From contig CBDBOV010000005.1 of NCBI GenBank assembly GCA_965208575.1, forward strand, positions 800,001 to 864,000: a stretch of DNA of 64,000 bases, in the 5' to 3' direction. How positions within the stretch are numbered: the first letter of the stretch is position 1; the number at the start of each line of letters is the position of its first letter. Under the pieces are notes generated by a model. The model made no database searches. It was given only the letters and a program-made list of their open reading frames with translations, and was not told where the DNA came from. Below are positions 33,224 through 43,872 of this stretch, piece by piece. The stretch is from Spirochaetia bacterium. Its GTDB lineage: Bacteria; Spirochaetota; Spirochaetia; SZUA-6; Bin103. The position numbers and the translations under genes are program-made.

Positions 33224-34033
33224 ATGCAGGAGAAACGACACCGACTGGAGGGGATTCTGTCCGGCATGGGCAGCGTTGCCGTGGCGCTGTCGGGCGGGGT
33301 GGACAGCGGCCTGCTGGCCAAGTTGGCGCACGACTGCCTGGGCGAGGCGGCGATCGCGGTGACCGCGGTGTCGCCAAGCCTGGCGGCCGAGGAGCGTGAC
33401 GCGGTGGCATCGCTGGTGGAGCGGATCGGCATCCGCCACGTGTTCCTGGACAGCCACGAGACCGAGGACCCGCGCTACCAGGAGAACGCTCCGAGCCGCT
33501 GTTACTTCTGCAAGACCAACGTGTACGACGTGCTGACCGGCTACGCCGAGGGGGAGGGCTTTCGCTACCTGATCGACGGCACCAACGCCGACGACGTGGG
33601 CGATCACCGCCCGGGGCGGCGCGCCGCCCATGAGCAGGGCGTACGCAGCCCGCTGCAGGAGGCGGCAATCAGCAAGGCTGAGGTACGCGCCATGGCACGC
33701 GAGCTGGAGCTGCCGATCTGGGACAAGCCGGCCGCGGCGTGCCTGGCCTCGCGCATCCCGTACGGCTCGCGGGTCACCGACCGGAAGCTCAGCCAGGTGG
33801 AGCGCGCCGAGGCGGTGCTGCGCGAGTTGGGGATCCGCCAGTTGCGGGTACGCCACCACGACCAGGTGGCCCGCCTGGAAGTGGAGCCCGACGACCTGAC
33901 CACGGTCATGCGGCATCGCGGCGAGATAACCGAACGGCTGCAGCGGCTCGGGTTCATATACGTGACCCTGGACCTCGCCGGGTTCCGGTCCGGCAGCCTG
34001 AACGAAGTGCTGTCGGCACCGCGTTCCGAGTGA
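33224..34033 (+). CDS. larE: ATP-dependent sulfur transferase LarE
   Basis: SGGVDS PP-loop, RCYFCK, DGTNADD..D.RPG, WDKPA.ACLASRIPYG. Confidence 0.93.
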   Translation: MQEKRHRLEGILSGMGSVAVALSGGVDSGLLAKLAHDCLGEAAIAVTAVSPSLAAEERDAVASLVERIGIRHVFLDSHETEDPRYQENAPSRCYFCKTNVYDVLTGYAEGEGFRYLIDGTNADDVGDHRPGRRAAHEQGVRSPLQEAAISKAEVRAMARELELPIWDKPAAACLASRIPYGSRVTDRKLSQVERAEAVLRELGIRQLRVRHHDQVARLEVEPDDLTTVMRHRGEITERLQRLGFIYVTLDLAGFRSGSLNEVLSAPRSE

Positions 34034-34043
34034 CCGCGGCGCC

Positions 34044-34844
34044 GTGACCGAAGAGCTGCTCGCCGAACTGCTGGCCGCGGTGCGCGACGGCGGACTCGAC
34101 GTGGAGGCCGCCCTGGAGCGTCTGCGCGGCTTCCCGATTGACGAATCGGTGGCTGGAGCGCGCGTCGACACCCATCGCAAGCTGCGCACGGGCGCCGCGG
34201 AAGTGGTGTTCTGTCCCGGCAAGACGCCGGAGCAGGTGGCCGAGATCCTGATCCGGCTGCGCGCCCACCACGGCCGCGCGCTCGCCACCCGCGCCACTCC
34301 CGAGTTGGCCCGGCAGGTGCGCGAGCGCATCTCCGACGCGGCCTACGATTCGGTTTCCCGCCTGCTGTCGGTCGGGTGGCGGCCGGAGAGCGAAGCGGCG
34401 CGGGAAGGGGCGGACCGGGCAACGGGTGCGCATGCCGCGGTGGTGTCCGCGGGCACGTCGGACGTGCCGGTGGCGGAGGAGGCGGCGCAGACGCTGGAGT
34501 TCCTGGGCGGCCGCGTGCAGCGTTGCTACGACGTGGGGGTGGCCGGGCTGCACCGCCTGCTGGCCGTGCGGGCGCAACTGGATCGTGCCGCGGTGGTGAT
34601 CTGCGTGGCCGGCATGGAGGGCGCGCTGACCAGCGTGGTGGGCGGCCTGCTGGCGGCGCCGGTGATCGGCGTTCCCACCAGCGTCGGCTACGGCGCCCAC
34701 CTCGGCGGCGCGGCGCCGCTGCTGGCGATGCTCAACTCCTGCGCCGCCGGGGTGGCGGTGGTGAATATCGACAACGGGTTCGGCGCCGCGCTGATGGCGC
34801 ACGCCATCATCCGCCAGATCGAAGCCGCCGCCGGCTCGCCATGA
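34044..34844 (+). CDS. larB: Nickel pincer cofactor biosynthesis protein LarB
   Basis: EVVFCPGKT, AGTSDVPVAEEA, DVGVAGLHRL, AGMEGAL, PTSVGYG, MLNSCA, NIDNGFGA. Confidence 0.95.
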   Translation: MTEELLAELLAAVRDGGLDVEAALERLRGFPIDESVAGARVDTHRKLRTGAAEVVFCPGKTPEQVAEILIRLRAHHGRALATRATPELARQVRERISDAAYDSVSRLLSVGWRPESEAAREGADRATGAHAAVVSAGTSDVPVAEEAAQTLEFLGGRVQRCYDVGVAGLHRLLAVRAQLDRAAVVICVAGMEGALTSVVGGLLAAPVIGVPTSVGYGAHLGGAAPLLAMLNSCAAGVAVVNIDNGFGAALMAHAIIRQIEAAAGSP

Positions 34845-36043
34845 CGGTCGCCTACATCGACTGCATCGCCGGGGTGAGTGGCGACATGCTGCTCGGCGCG
34901 CTGCTCGACGCCGGTGTGCAAGAGGCGGAGTTGCGCGCACGGCTCGACGACCTTGCCCTGCCCGGGTTCGCCCTGTCGGCGCGCCGGGTGCAGAAGGTGG
35001 GCATCGGCGCGGTGAAGGTCGACGTGCAGGTGACCGACCATGCCACCGAGCGGCACGTGCCGGCGATCGTCGAGCTGGTCGAGCGCAGCGCGGTGGCGGA
35101 CGGCATCAAGCGGCGCGCGGGCGCCATCTTCCGCCGCCTGGGAGAGGTGGAGGCCGCGATCCACGGCACCACGCCCGAGCGCGTGCACCTGCACGAGCTG
35201 GGCGGCATCGACACCATTGTCGACGTGGTGGGCGTGCTGATCGGGTTCGAGCTGCTGGGCGTGGACCGGGTGGTGTGCTCGCCGCTGCCGCTGGCGCGCG
35301 GGTTCGTCGACGCCGCGCACGGGCGCATGCCGCTGCCCGCTCCCGCCACCGCGGCGCTCCTGGCAGGGGTGCCGGTAACCGGCGCCGAGGTGACCGGCGA
35401 ACTGGTCACGCCCACCGGCGCCGCGCTGGTGACCGCCCTGGCCACGGAGTTCGGGCCGTTGCCCGCCATGGAGCTGGCTGCCACCGGTTACGGAGCGGGC
35501 AACGCGGACCGCTCCATCCCCAACGTGGTGCGGCTGCTGGTGGGCCGTGCGACTGAGAGCAGCGGGGTGCAAGAGGAGGACGGAGTTCCCGTCGAGGGGC
35601 TGTTCATGATCGAGACCAACATCGACGACATGAACCCGGAGTGGTACGAATACGTGAGCGAGGCGCTGTTCCGCGCCGGCGCCCGGGAGGTGTTCACGCA
35701 GCCGGCGGCGATGAAAAAGAATCGGCCCGCCACCCTGTTGAGCGTGCTGTGCGAGCCCGAAGACCGCGCCGCGCTGCGCCGCATCCTGTTCCGCGAAACC
35801 ACCACCATCGGTGTGCGCGAGTATCCCGTACAGCGCTATGCACTGGAGCGCGCGGCTGCCACCGCCGACACCAGGTTCGGATCGATTCGCGTCAAGATGG
35901 TGCACGGCGCCGGCGTGGAGCGCCGCTGGACGCCGGAATACGACGACTGCCGCCGCGCCGCCGCGGCCAGCGGCGCCCCGTTGCAGGAAGTGTACCGATG
36001 CGCCCAGGAAGCGGCCCGCGAGCTGCCGCCGCCCAGCACCTGA
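34841..36043 (+). CDS. larC: Nickel insertase LarC, single ORF
   Basis: GVSGDMLLGALLD, VHLHELG..D, HG.MP.PAPAT, ELVTPTGAA, ETNIDD, MKKNRP, ETTTIGVR, PEYDD. Confidence 0.95.
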   Translation: MTVAYIDCIAGVSGDMLLGALLDAGVQEAELRARLDDLALPGFALSARRVQKVGIGAVKVDVQVTDHATERHVPAIVELVERSAVADGIKRRAGAIFRRLGEVEAAIHGTTPERVHLHELGGIDTIVDVVGVLIGFELLGVDRVVCSPLPLARGFVDAAHGRMPLPAPATAALLAGVPVTGAEVTGELVTPTGAALVTALATEFGPLPAMELAATGYGAGNADRSIPNVVRLLVGRATESSGVQEEDGVPVEGLFMIETNIDDMNPEWYEYVSEALFRAGAREVFTQPAAMKKNRPATLLSVLCEPEDRAALRRILFRETTTIGVREYPVQRYALERAAATADTRFGSIRVKMVHGAGVERRWTPEYDDCRRAAAASGAPLQEVYRCAQEAARELPPPST

Positions 36044-36122
36044 CCGGCGCCGGGCGCCGCCATCACCAGCCCGCCAGCGGCGCGGCGCCACCCGTGCCGG
36101 CGACCGCAGCCCGCGGTTGGCG

Positions 36123-37073
36123 TCAGGCGCCGCGGCGCGGCGTGGTCTGGCGGATGATGTCGTCTACCATCTCGCGGACGCCGAAGTGGGGGCGCCAGCC
36201 CAGCTCGTCCGCGATCAGGCTGCAGTCGAGCCGCCATTCACGGTAGCCGCTTACCACCTGCATGATCACGGGGTCGGGCGCGAAGCTGAACTGCGCGCCG
36301 GGCAGGGTGCGGCGCACGTGCGCGATCATCTCGCGCACCACCACCCGCCCCGAGGCCACGTTGTAGATGCGCCCCGGCGCCTGCGGTGCGGTAGCCAGGC
36401 GGGCGAGCGCGCTGACCGCGTCATCGAGGTAGACCACGGGGTACGCGGTGTCTTCGGTCACCTCGATCGCGTACGGTTCGCCGCGTGCGGCTTTCTCGGG
36501 GATCAGCGAGGTGAACATGCTCGCCGAGCCCGCCGCCTGCCGGAACGGGCCGGTGACCGCGGCCATGCGCACCGCGCGCACGTCCATGCCGTGGCGGCGC
36601 ACGTGCAGCAGCCCCATCTCCTCGGCGCAGCGCTTGGTGTACCCGTACCAGCCGTCGGGCTCGGTGGCCATGCCCTCGCGGATCGGCTGCGGCAGGCCGC
36701 GCCCGTAGACGCCGATGGTACTCGCCAGCACCACCCGCCGCTTGCCATGTTCGCGCGCCGCATCGAGCACGTGGTACGTGCCGCTCACGTTGACCGCCAT
36801 GCCGAGGACGGGGTCGTGGTCGCAGCCGGCGGTGAGCAGCCCGGCCAGGTGGACGATCGGATCGTCGCCGCCACTGGCCGCCACCGCCGCCCGCACCGCA
36901 GCGGCATCGCGGATGTCGCCGGCCATGAAGCGCATCCCCTCCGGCCACCGGGCGCCGCCCGCCGCGCCCGGCTCGGCCAGGTCGAACCCCACCACTTCGC
37001 GGCCTTCGGCGACGAACCGGCAGGCCAGCGCCCGGCCGATGAATCCGGCGCCGCCGGTAATCAGAACTGCCAC
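36123..37073 (-). CDS. NAD-dependent epimerase/dehydratase
   Basis: LITGGAGFIG, HLAG, YGYTK; GTG start 6 nt after TATGAT. Confidence 0.88.
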   Translation of the reverse strand: MAVLITGGAGFIGRALACRFVAEGREVVGFDLAEPGAAGGARWPEGMRFMAGDIRDAAAVRAAVAASGGDDPIVHLAGLLTAGCDHDPVLGMAVNVSGTYHVLDAAREHGKRRVVLASTIGVYGRGLPQPIREGMATEPDGWYGYTKRCAEEMGLLHVRRHGMDVRAVRMAAVTGPFRQAAGSASMFTSLIPEKAARGEPYAIEVTEDTAYPVVYLDDAVSALARLATAPQAPGRIYNVASGRVVVREMIAHVRRTLPGAQFSFAPDPVIMQVVSGYREWRLDCSLIADELGWRPHFGVREMVDDIIRQTTPRRGA

Positions 37074-37409
37074 GCGGTCATCATAGCGACCGTCACGTAT
37101 GCCGGCCACTCGGCTGCGGCGGGTACCGTGCAAGATACCGGCGAATGCGGACACCAAGCGGTGCGGCACCGCGGCCGTGTGCCGCAACGGGATCTACCTG
37201 TGGATCGACGGCGAGTGGCGTTGACCCGTGCCGCCACCCGTATCGCCCCCGCATCGCTCGATGCGGTTGACCCACCGTGTCCACGCACTTAGCATGCTTC
37301 GCGTCGTCTGCGGCGATGCGATAGCCCGCCGTCGGACCGTGCGAGCGCTCCTTGCGGGCCGGGTCGCACGAAGGACAGGACTGTTGTTCACGCTTATGGG
37401 GAGAATGAG

Positions 37410-38402
37410 ATGCACTTGAACGTCAAGGCAGTGTTCGTATTCGCCGTTCTGGCATCGGCCGTGGTGGCGAGCGTGGCGGCCGAGGACCGGACGACTGCCG
37501 GTCAGGTCGTGGACGATGAAACCCTCAAGGCGTTCGTCGAAGGGGCCGCGGCGGAAATCGCGGCGATCACGGACGTCGCCGCAGGCGGGCGGTTGCGAGA
37601 CAGGTTTAGAACCGACCCCGCCTGGCACGCCGGATCGATGTTCCTCATCCTGTTCACCCAGGGCGGGAACCCGTTCATCCACGGGGACGATCGCGCGGCT
37701 GAAAACAGGGACTTGTTCGCAATCGAGGACGACAACGGCTTCCGGGTGGTCGAGGCACTCCTCGCGGCCGGCGCCCGGGGCGGCGACTTCGTCCGGTATC
37801 ACGACGGCGAGCCGAAGACCGCATACGCCGTCGAATACACCTCCGGAATCAGCGGAAGACAGTTCGTGCTGGTCGGCGGCTACTCGCAGGACACCTCCCA
37901 TGCGCCGCTGCGTGTCGCGGATCTGCCGAGACCCGCCGTCACCGCATCGGAGGTCGTAGACCGCGAGACCCTGGTTGCCTTCGTCGAGGAAGCGGCCAGG
38001 GTATACAGCGAGCGCGCCCTCAATACAACAGGCTACCGAGACTTTGCCGCGGTCAGAAACGCCTTCCGGCAAGAAGGAGGGCATTGGAAGTCGGGTTCCG
38101 TCTATTTGTGGATCGTGGCGGCCGGGGACATCATCTTTTTTCACGCAACCGAGCCGTTTCGCGAAGGCAAGCCGACCGACCTGACGAGGACGGACGTCAA
38201 CGGGGTGAAGTTCGCCGAGGAACTGATCGGAGGCGCACGGCGCGAGGGCCAGAGGTTTCTTCAGTACAACTATGACGACCCGACCATCGAGGGGGACGAG
38301 GACACCGGCTCCCCGAAGCTCGGCTATGCGGTGAGCATCCCGGTATTCGCAACCGGCCAAAAGGCCGTCATCGGCTCCGGCGTCTATCTCGGCGCACGCT
38401 GA
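37410..38402 (+). CDS. Secreted protein with two tandem single-Cache-like domains
   Basis: Signal peptide; two repeats of V.D.ETL.AFVE.A...W..GS..L...D.NG...Y...K..YAV. Confidence 0.7.
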   Translation: MHLNVKAVFVFAVLASAVVASVAAEDRTTAGQVVDDETLKAFVEGAAAEIAAITDVAAGGRLRDRFRTDPAWHAGSMFLILFTQGGNPFIHGDDRAAENRDLFAIEDDNGFRVVEALLAAGARGGDFVRYHDGEPKTAYAVEYTSGISGRQFVLVGGYSQDTSHAPLRVADLPRPAVTASEVVDRETLVAFVEEAARVYSERALNTTGYRDFAAVRNAFRQEGGHWKSGSVYLWIVAAGDIIFFHATEPFREGKPTDLTRTDVNGVKFAEELIGGARREGQRFLQYNYDDPTIEGDEDTGSPKLGYAVSIPVFATGQKAVIGSGVYLGAR

Positions 38403-38593
38403 CCTCCAGGCGGCAGAGGCTTGCGTCAAGCGGGTGGCGCGCCGGAATCGAGGCCGCGTCCGGCGAGCCGTTGACCACCACGGCAGCCGCGCTGCCGCAG
38501 CCGGCCTGTGCGGCAGCCGCCGGGCGTGCCTGATCGACGGCGAATGGTGTTAACTTGCGGTGCCGCTCTCCCCGATACCAGTAGTGAGACACC

Positions 38594-39982
38594 ATGAATA
38601 GACCGACATTTCCGGGACCTGGAGCGGTCCTGTCAACCAGAGTTCCGCAGATCGGTTCGCCCGGCCGGCAGGCCGGCGTCACGCGCGCCGCGGCGCGGGC
38701 GGCGGCGGTCGTGCTGCGGGCGGCTGCCGTTGCGCTCGCGGGCGCGGCGGCGATGCTGCCCCTGTCGTGCGCGTCTACGGACGTGGTGCCTGCCCCCGGC
38801 GCCATGGCCTCGCGCGCCGAGCATCCCGTCGCCGCCGAAGAGGTACGCGCCGTGTGGGTGGTCCGGCAATCGCTGTCCAGCCCGGCCGCCGCGCGCGAGG
38901 TGGTGGAGCAGGCCGCGGCCGGCGGATTCAACACGCTGCTGGTGCAGGTGCGCGGGCGCGGCGATGCGCTGTACCGCTCGGCACTGGAACCGCGTCCCGA
39001 GTTCCTGGACGGCCAGGGGGACTTCGATCCGCTGCAACTGGTGCTGGACGAAGCGCGCGCGCGCGGCATGGCGGTGCACGCGTGGGTGAACGCCTACCTG
39101 GTGTGGGGACCGGTCGACCCTCCGCGCCACCCCGGACACCTGGTGAACGCGCATCCCGAGTGGCTCGCGGTCCCGTATGCGTTGGGCCGCGACCTGTACC
39201 ACGTCGATCCGCGCGATCCGTCCTACGTCCGGCGCCTGATCGAATACTCCGCCGCCAACATCGAGGTGGTGGAGGGGTTGTATACCAGCCCCTCCCACCC
39301 CGGCGTGCAGGAGCGCCTGCACGCCGTCTGGATGGAACTGGCGGCCGCCTACGAGCTGGATGGCATCCACCATGACTACATCCGCTTCCCCACCTCGGCG
39401 TTCGACTATTCGCGTACCACGCTGGAGCGATTTCAGGCGTGGGTGAAGCCGCGCATCGCCGCCCACCGCCACGCCGGGCTGCTGGCGGCGGCGCGGGACG
39501 ATCCCTACGCGTTCGCCGAGGCGCTGCCCGGCCACTGGGACCGGTTCCGGCGCGACAGCGTCTCCGACCTGGTGCGCCGCGTCCATCTCGGCGCCAAGGA
39601 ACGCCGCCCCGGCCTGGTAGTGTCGGCGGCGGTGCTGCCCGAGTGGCGCGGGGCGGCGCGCTGGAATCTGCAGGCGTGGACCTCGTGGCTGGCCGAGGGC
39701 ACCCTCGACGTGGCGGTGCCGATGGCGTATACGACCGACACCGAGGAGTTCCACCGTTGGGTCGAAGCGGCCCTGGCCGCCGCCGGGTCGCCCGAGCGCG
39801 TGTGGGCCGGGGTGGGGGCGTACCGCAATCCGGTGGACCTGACCGTGGCACAGATCGACGAGGCGCGCACGATCGGCGTCGGCGGCGTCGCGGTGTTCTC
39901 CTACGACAAGCCCTCGCACACCCCGCCGCCGGATGGGGCCGCCGCGGCGCTGCACCGCATCGGTCTCGCGGCGTTTCGATAG
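38594..39982 (+). CDS. Glycoside hydrolase-like family 10 (GHL10) lipoprotein
   Basis: EVRAVWV, FNTLLVQVRGRGDALY.S, FDPL, VHAWVN, DGIHHDYIRFP, PMAY; start uncertain. Confidence 0.85.
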   Translation: MNRPTFPGPGAVLSTRVPQIGSPGRQAGVTRAAARAAAVVLRAAAVALAGAAAMLPLSCASTDVVPAPGAMASRAEHPVAAEEVRAVWVVRQSLSSPAAAREVVEQAAAGGFNTLLVQVRGRGDALYRSALEPRPEFLDGQGDFDPLQLVLDEARARGMAVHAWVNAYLVWGPVDPPRHPGHLVNAHPEWLAVPYALGRDLYHVDPRDPSYVRRLIEYSAANIEVVEGLYTSPSHPGVQERLHAVWMELAAAYELDGIHHDYIRFPTSAFDYSRTTLERFQAWVKPRIAAHRHAGLLAAARDDPYAFAEALPGHWDRFRRDSVSDLVRRVHLGAKERRPGLVVSAAVLPEWRGAARWNLQAWTSWLAEGTLDVAVPMAYTTDTEEFHRWVEAALAAAGSPERVWAGVGAYRNPVDLTVAQIDEARTIGVGGVAVFSYDKPSHTPPPDGAAAALHRIGLAAFR

Positions 39983-40613
39983 CAGCAGCGTGTTCGCGCG
40001 GCGGTTGGGCGGCGTCGACCAACCGGCGGCGGTCGCCTATTGCCTCACGTAAAAATCTAACCTTACGGTGAGCGTGCCTCACGTAAGAATCTAACCGAAA
40101 GGGAGGCGGAGAACGAGGGGGGAGCGCGAGGGGGGAGACTCATAAATTGTGGATAAGTGGATAGGCTGCTGGGCGACCGGCCGGGTTGATTCAAGCACAC
40201 CAACGCGACCGGGGGCGTATCTGGTTGGTCGGCGCGGATGAGGAGGCGTCAACGGCAGGGAGGTGGTCGGTGCCGTGTCGTGTCGCTGACCGAAGAGGGG
40301 GCGGACGGGTCTGGAGGCGACTTCGGTGCTGGTGACACGGGGATGTCCAGACACCACCTCGTGTCGCGGAGAGGCCTTACAGCGCGGCTGAGGCGACATT
40401 TCTTGACGCCGACCGTCTGGCTCACGGATATACGGGCGTCAGAGACGCTCAGAAGTCATTTGCCGAGCCGGGTGATGCCGCCCACGCCGCGAGCGGCGCG
40501 CAGGTTGCTGCGGAGCGCACGGAGCGAGGCGCCCCGGACAACTGCACCGAGGTGCGTTGCCCGGGGCAGGGTCATGACAATTCCCCACCGCCGGGACGGG
40601 GTAGGCGACGAGG

Positions 40614-42287
40614 TTGCGACACCGGAGCCGTCGGGATCGAACGGGGCGGAGGAGATGCTGTACCCCGCTGACGGACGGAGGGCGTAGCCCGACCGGAGTC
40701 AGCCGGCGCGGTGCCGTGGAGGCCACCGTGGACGACGCCGAGATGGCGGACCAGGCAGCCAAGCTGCTCGCTTCCGGGATGAGCGGCTCAGCCTGCGCTC
40801 GCGAACTCGGCATCCCGGTGAGCACCTTCAACGAGAACCGCCGCGCCGGCGTCATCACAGATCCCACCCGGGAGCCCGCCGCCAGCGCCGAGGTTGCGCC
40901 GGCGGCCACCACCACTGATCACCCGGTCAGCACCGCCGCCGCGGTCAGCGACCCGGCGGTCGCCACTGAGCGCGCCAGCCGCGACGCCCGCGACAAGCAC
41001 GCGCCCATGGGCCGCGCGGCGCGCGACGTGGAACGCCGCACGCTCGCCAGAGCCGGCCTGCTGACCGAGGCCACACCAGCGTTCGTCGAGCCCGCCCACG
41101 CGGTCGCTGGCGGCGGCGTGCTGGCCGCACTGGCGATGCTGCTGCGCGAGGGCCTGCTCACCGCCGCCAACCGCCTGTTCCGCCTGCCGGCCGGATTCTA
41201 CGGCCTGACCACCATCCTCCTGTTCGTCGCCTGCATGACCCTGGCCCGGGTGCGCAACCCCGAGAGCCTGCGCTACCAGGCACCCGGCGAGTGGGGCGCC
41301 ATCCTCGGCCTCGACCGCTGTCCGGAGACCAAGACGCTGCGCCGCAAGATCAGGCTGCTGGCCAGCGCCGAGCACACCGTGCGCGATTGGCAATCGGTAC
41401 TGGCGCGTACCTGGGCCAGCGAGCACGACGACGACTGGACGACGCTGGCCGTGGATGGCCACGTGAAGGTGTACACCGGGCGCAACGGGCGGTTGCCGAA
41501 ACACTTCGTCGCACGCCAGAAGCTGTGTCTGCCGGCGTCGGTGAGCTACTGGATCAACGCCCTCGGCGGCGCACCGCTGCTGTGCCTGCACAAGGCGCTG
41601 GACCCGAAGCCGGTGAATGCGATCAAGCACGACGTGGTGCCGCAGTTGCAGCACCTGGGGGTGGTGACCGAAGCGGCCCCCGACCTGACCGGAGCACCGG
41701 CCGGTACCCCGCAGCTGACCCTGGTGTTCGACCGCGAGGGCTGGAGCCCGGACCTGTTCAAGCGCCTGGCCCGGCGTGGCATCGCCTGCATCACCTGGCA
41801 CAAGAACTTCAACGGCGCGGACTGGCTGCCGGAAGACTTCCACACCTTCGAGGTACCGATCCATGGTCCCGCCGGCACCAGCACGACTGCGGTTGATCTG
41901 GCCGAGCAGCCGATCATGCTGCGCAACGGGCTGGTGGTGCGCCAGATCCGGCGGCGTCTGGCCAACGGTCGTCAGGTGGCGGTGATCACCACGCACCCGC
42001 AGATGCCGTTGGCGCAGGTCGCCGGCGCCATGTTCTCGCGCTGGTCGCAGGAGAACTTCTTCAAGTACCTGCGCGAGCAGTTCAACCTTGACGCGCTGCC
42101 GAGCCATGACCTTGCGCCGCCGGAGCCCGACGCACGGGTCGTGAACCGGTGCGCCGGGCCCTGGAAAAGAGCATCAGGCGGGTACGCAGCCGGCTGGCAG
42201 CGGTCCGCAATCGCCTCGCCGAGGCACTGCAGGGACGGCACCGGGACTCCGCCACCCGGCTTACGGTCGCGGATAAAGTTGCACTGA
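40614..42287 (+). pseudogene. Cargo transposase pseudogene, copy 2
   Basis: Identical translation and frameshift to 26324-27997. Confidence 0.78.
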
Positions 42288-42429
42288 ATTGCATGGTTAT
42301 GCATAGACACGGGGGTATCCAGACACCACCTCGTGTCGTGGAGGGGCCTTACAGCGCGGCTGAGGCGACGTTTTCTCATCGCTGACCGCCCATTCTCCGA
42401 TTATCGACCGTCAGACCCGCCTGAGAGGG

Positions 42430-43704
42430 TCATTTTGCCGTGCGACCGCTGCCACCACGCTCCTCGCTCGGTGTTTGCACCGTGCTTGGTGCGGCCTTGG
42501 CGGTCTTGCTGACGTTCAGCTGCAGCAGATCCTCGGTCAACCTGGTCAGCTCGCGCTTGAGGGCGACCGGATTCAACGTCGCGTACTGCTGCTTGAGGCG
42601 GTTCTTCACCTTCTCGCTCACCGACTCGGAGGCCAGCATGCGGTGATACGGCGTCTGCGGGTCGTCATAGATGCGGCGCACCTTGCTGCCGGTGCGGGTT
42701 TTCTTCACCAGCTTCACCGAGGGATAGAAGAAGTTCACCAGCAGGCACAGCGGGCGGTATATCGCGTTGAGGGCAGCCAGTTCCCGGTCGGTGTCGTAAC
42801 GCAGGTGGCCGACCGCCCGTCGCACCACGTGGCCATTCTTCTGCTCGACGTAGCAGGTGTCGTTCTTGCGATGCGGGCGACCCCGAGTGAACGTGATGCC
42901 GTGCGCTTCGCAATAGCGCAGCAAATGATGATTGATGAACTCGCTGCCGTTGTCGGTGTCGATCCCCCGCATCACGATCGGCAGGCTCTGCCGGGCAGCG
43001 TCGATCGCCTCGTGGGTCCAGCGCTGCGCCTTGTTCTGCACGCCGTACAGGTCGACCCAGCCGGTGTCAACGTCGGTGATGGTGAGCGTGTGGCAGAAGT
43101 CGCCTGACGCGTTGCCGCCTTCATGGCCCACCAAGTCGATCTCGAAGAAGCCCGGCTCCTGCTCGTCCCAGTCAGCGAAGGTTCGGATCGCGATCTGATC
43201 CTTCAGGAGGGTGCCCGGCTTGGTGTGCGTGCGACCCTTCAGGCGCAGCCGTGCGCGCTCCTGCTGCAGCAGCCGGTCGATGGTCGCGGCGCTGATGGTC
43301 TGCAGCTTGCCGCGCACCGCTGCGGTCAGCTCGATCTCGCCGAACGACTCCAGCGTCGGCAGCATGGTGCGCAGCACGACCACCAGGCGCTTGCCGCACA
43401 TGCAGTCGAACACGTACCAGATCAGCTTCAGAGCGACCAGCACCTCCTGGTCGTAGCGCCGCGGTCGCACGCGGCGCTGGGCAGGCCGCGGACGCCCGAC
43501 CACCAGCTTCACCAGTGTGCCGTCGACTCGCACCATGCGGGTCCGTCCCCACCAGGTCAACAGATGGATCGCGTACTTGCGCTGGTACCCGGTCGACTCG
43601 ACGAACTCGTCGAGTATGCGCCCCTTCTCCTTCTTGCCCGCCCGACGATACCGCTGCGCGTGCTGCTCGGTGAGCTCTCGCCTTGAACTCATCTTCAACC
43701 CCAT
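42430..43704 (-). CDS. DDE integrase-core transposase (ISNCY-type), copy 2
   Basis: Identical translation to 28140-29414. Confidence 0.9.
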   Translation of the reverse strand: MGLKMSSRRELTEQHAQRYRRAGKKEKGRILDEFVESTGYQRKYAIHLLTWWGRTRMVRVDGTLVKLVVGRPRPAQRRVRPRRYDQEVLVALKLIWYVFDCMCGKRLVVVLRTMLPTLESFGEIELTAAVRGKLQTISAATIDRLLQQERARLRLKGRTHTKPGTLLKDQIAIRTFADWDEQEPGFFEIDLVGHEGGNASGDFCHTLTITDVDTGWVDLYGVQNKAQRWTHEAIDAARQSLPIVMRGIDTDNGSEFINHHLLRYCEAHGITFTRGRPHRKNDTCYVEQKNGHVVRRAVGHLRYDTDRELAALNAIYRPLCLLVNFFYPSVKLVKKTRTGSKVRRIYDDPQTPYHRMLASESVSEKVKNRLKQQYATLNPVALKRELTRLTEDLLQLNVSKTAKAAPSTVQTPSEERGGSGRTAK

Positions 43705-43835
43705 CTCCTCCGGAACCTCCTCACGTCCCTCGGAGAGGCTCCAACCGGACCCGGAAGGTCCAGCCCGTTCGGTTAGATTTTTAGATGAGGCATGCTTTCG
43801 CTACGGTTAGATTTTCGATGAGTCAATGCGGGTCG

Positions 43836-43864
43836 TTGTCGCCGTTCGGCCGCCCCACTATGAT
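43836..43864 (+). promoter_or_regulatory. Sigma70-type promoter of the dioxygenase gene, near-leaderless
   Basis: TTGTCG-17 bp-TATGAT, 8 nt before ATG 43873. Confidence 0.65.
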
Positions 43865-43872
43865 GGATCACG

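Larger units (their letters stand above)
40036..43830 (-). mobile_element. 3795-bp DDE transposon, copy 2
   Basis: 5-bp target duplication GGTCG (40031-40035 / 43831-43835); offset 14290 from copy 1; one difference seen (28024 A versus 42314 G). Confidence 0.93.

Noticed and set aside
25746-43830. The whole 18 kb as a composite transposon that delivered the lar genes
   Set aside because: Each copy has its own matching target duplication (CGTAA, GGTCG), and the outer flanks do not match each other, so these are two separate insertions into resident DNA
40036-43830. Second element copy as an assembly artefact
   Set aside because: It has a distinct, correct 5-bp duplication and at least one base difference from copy 1
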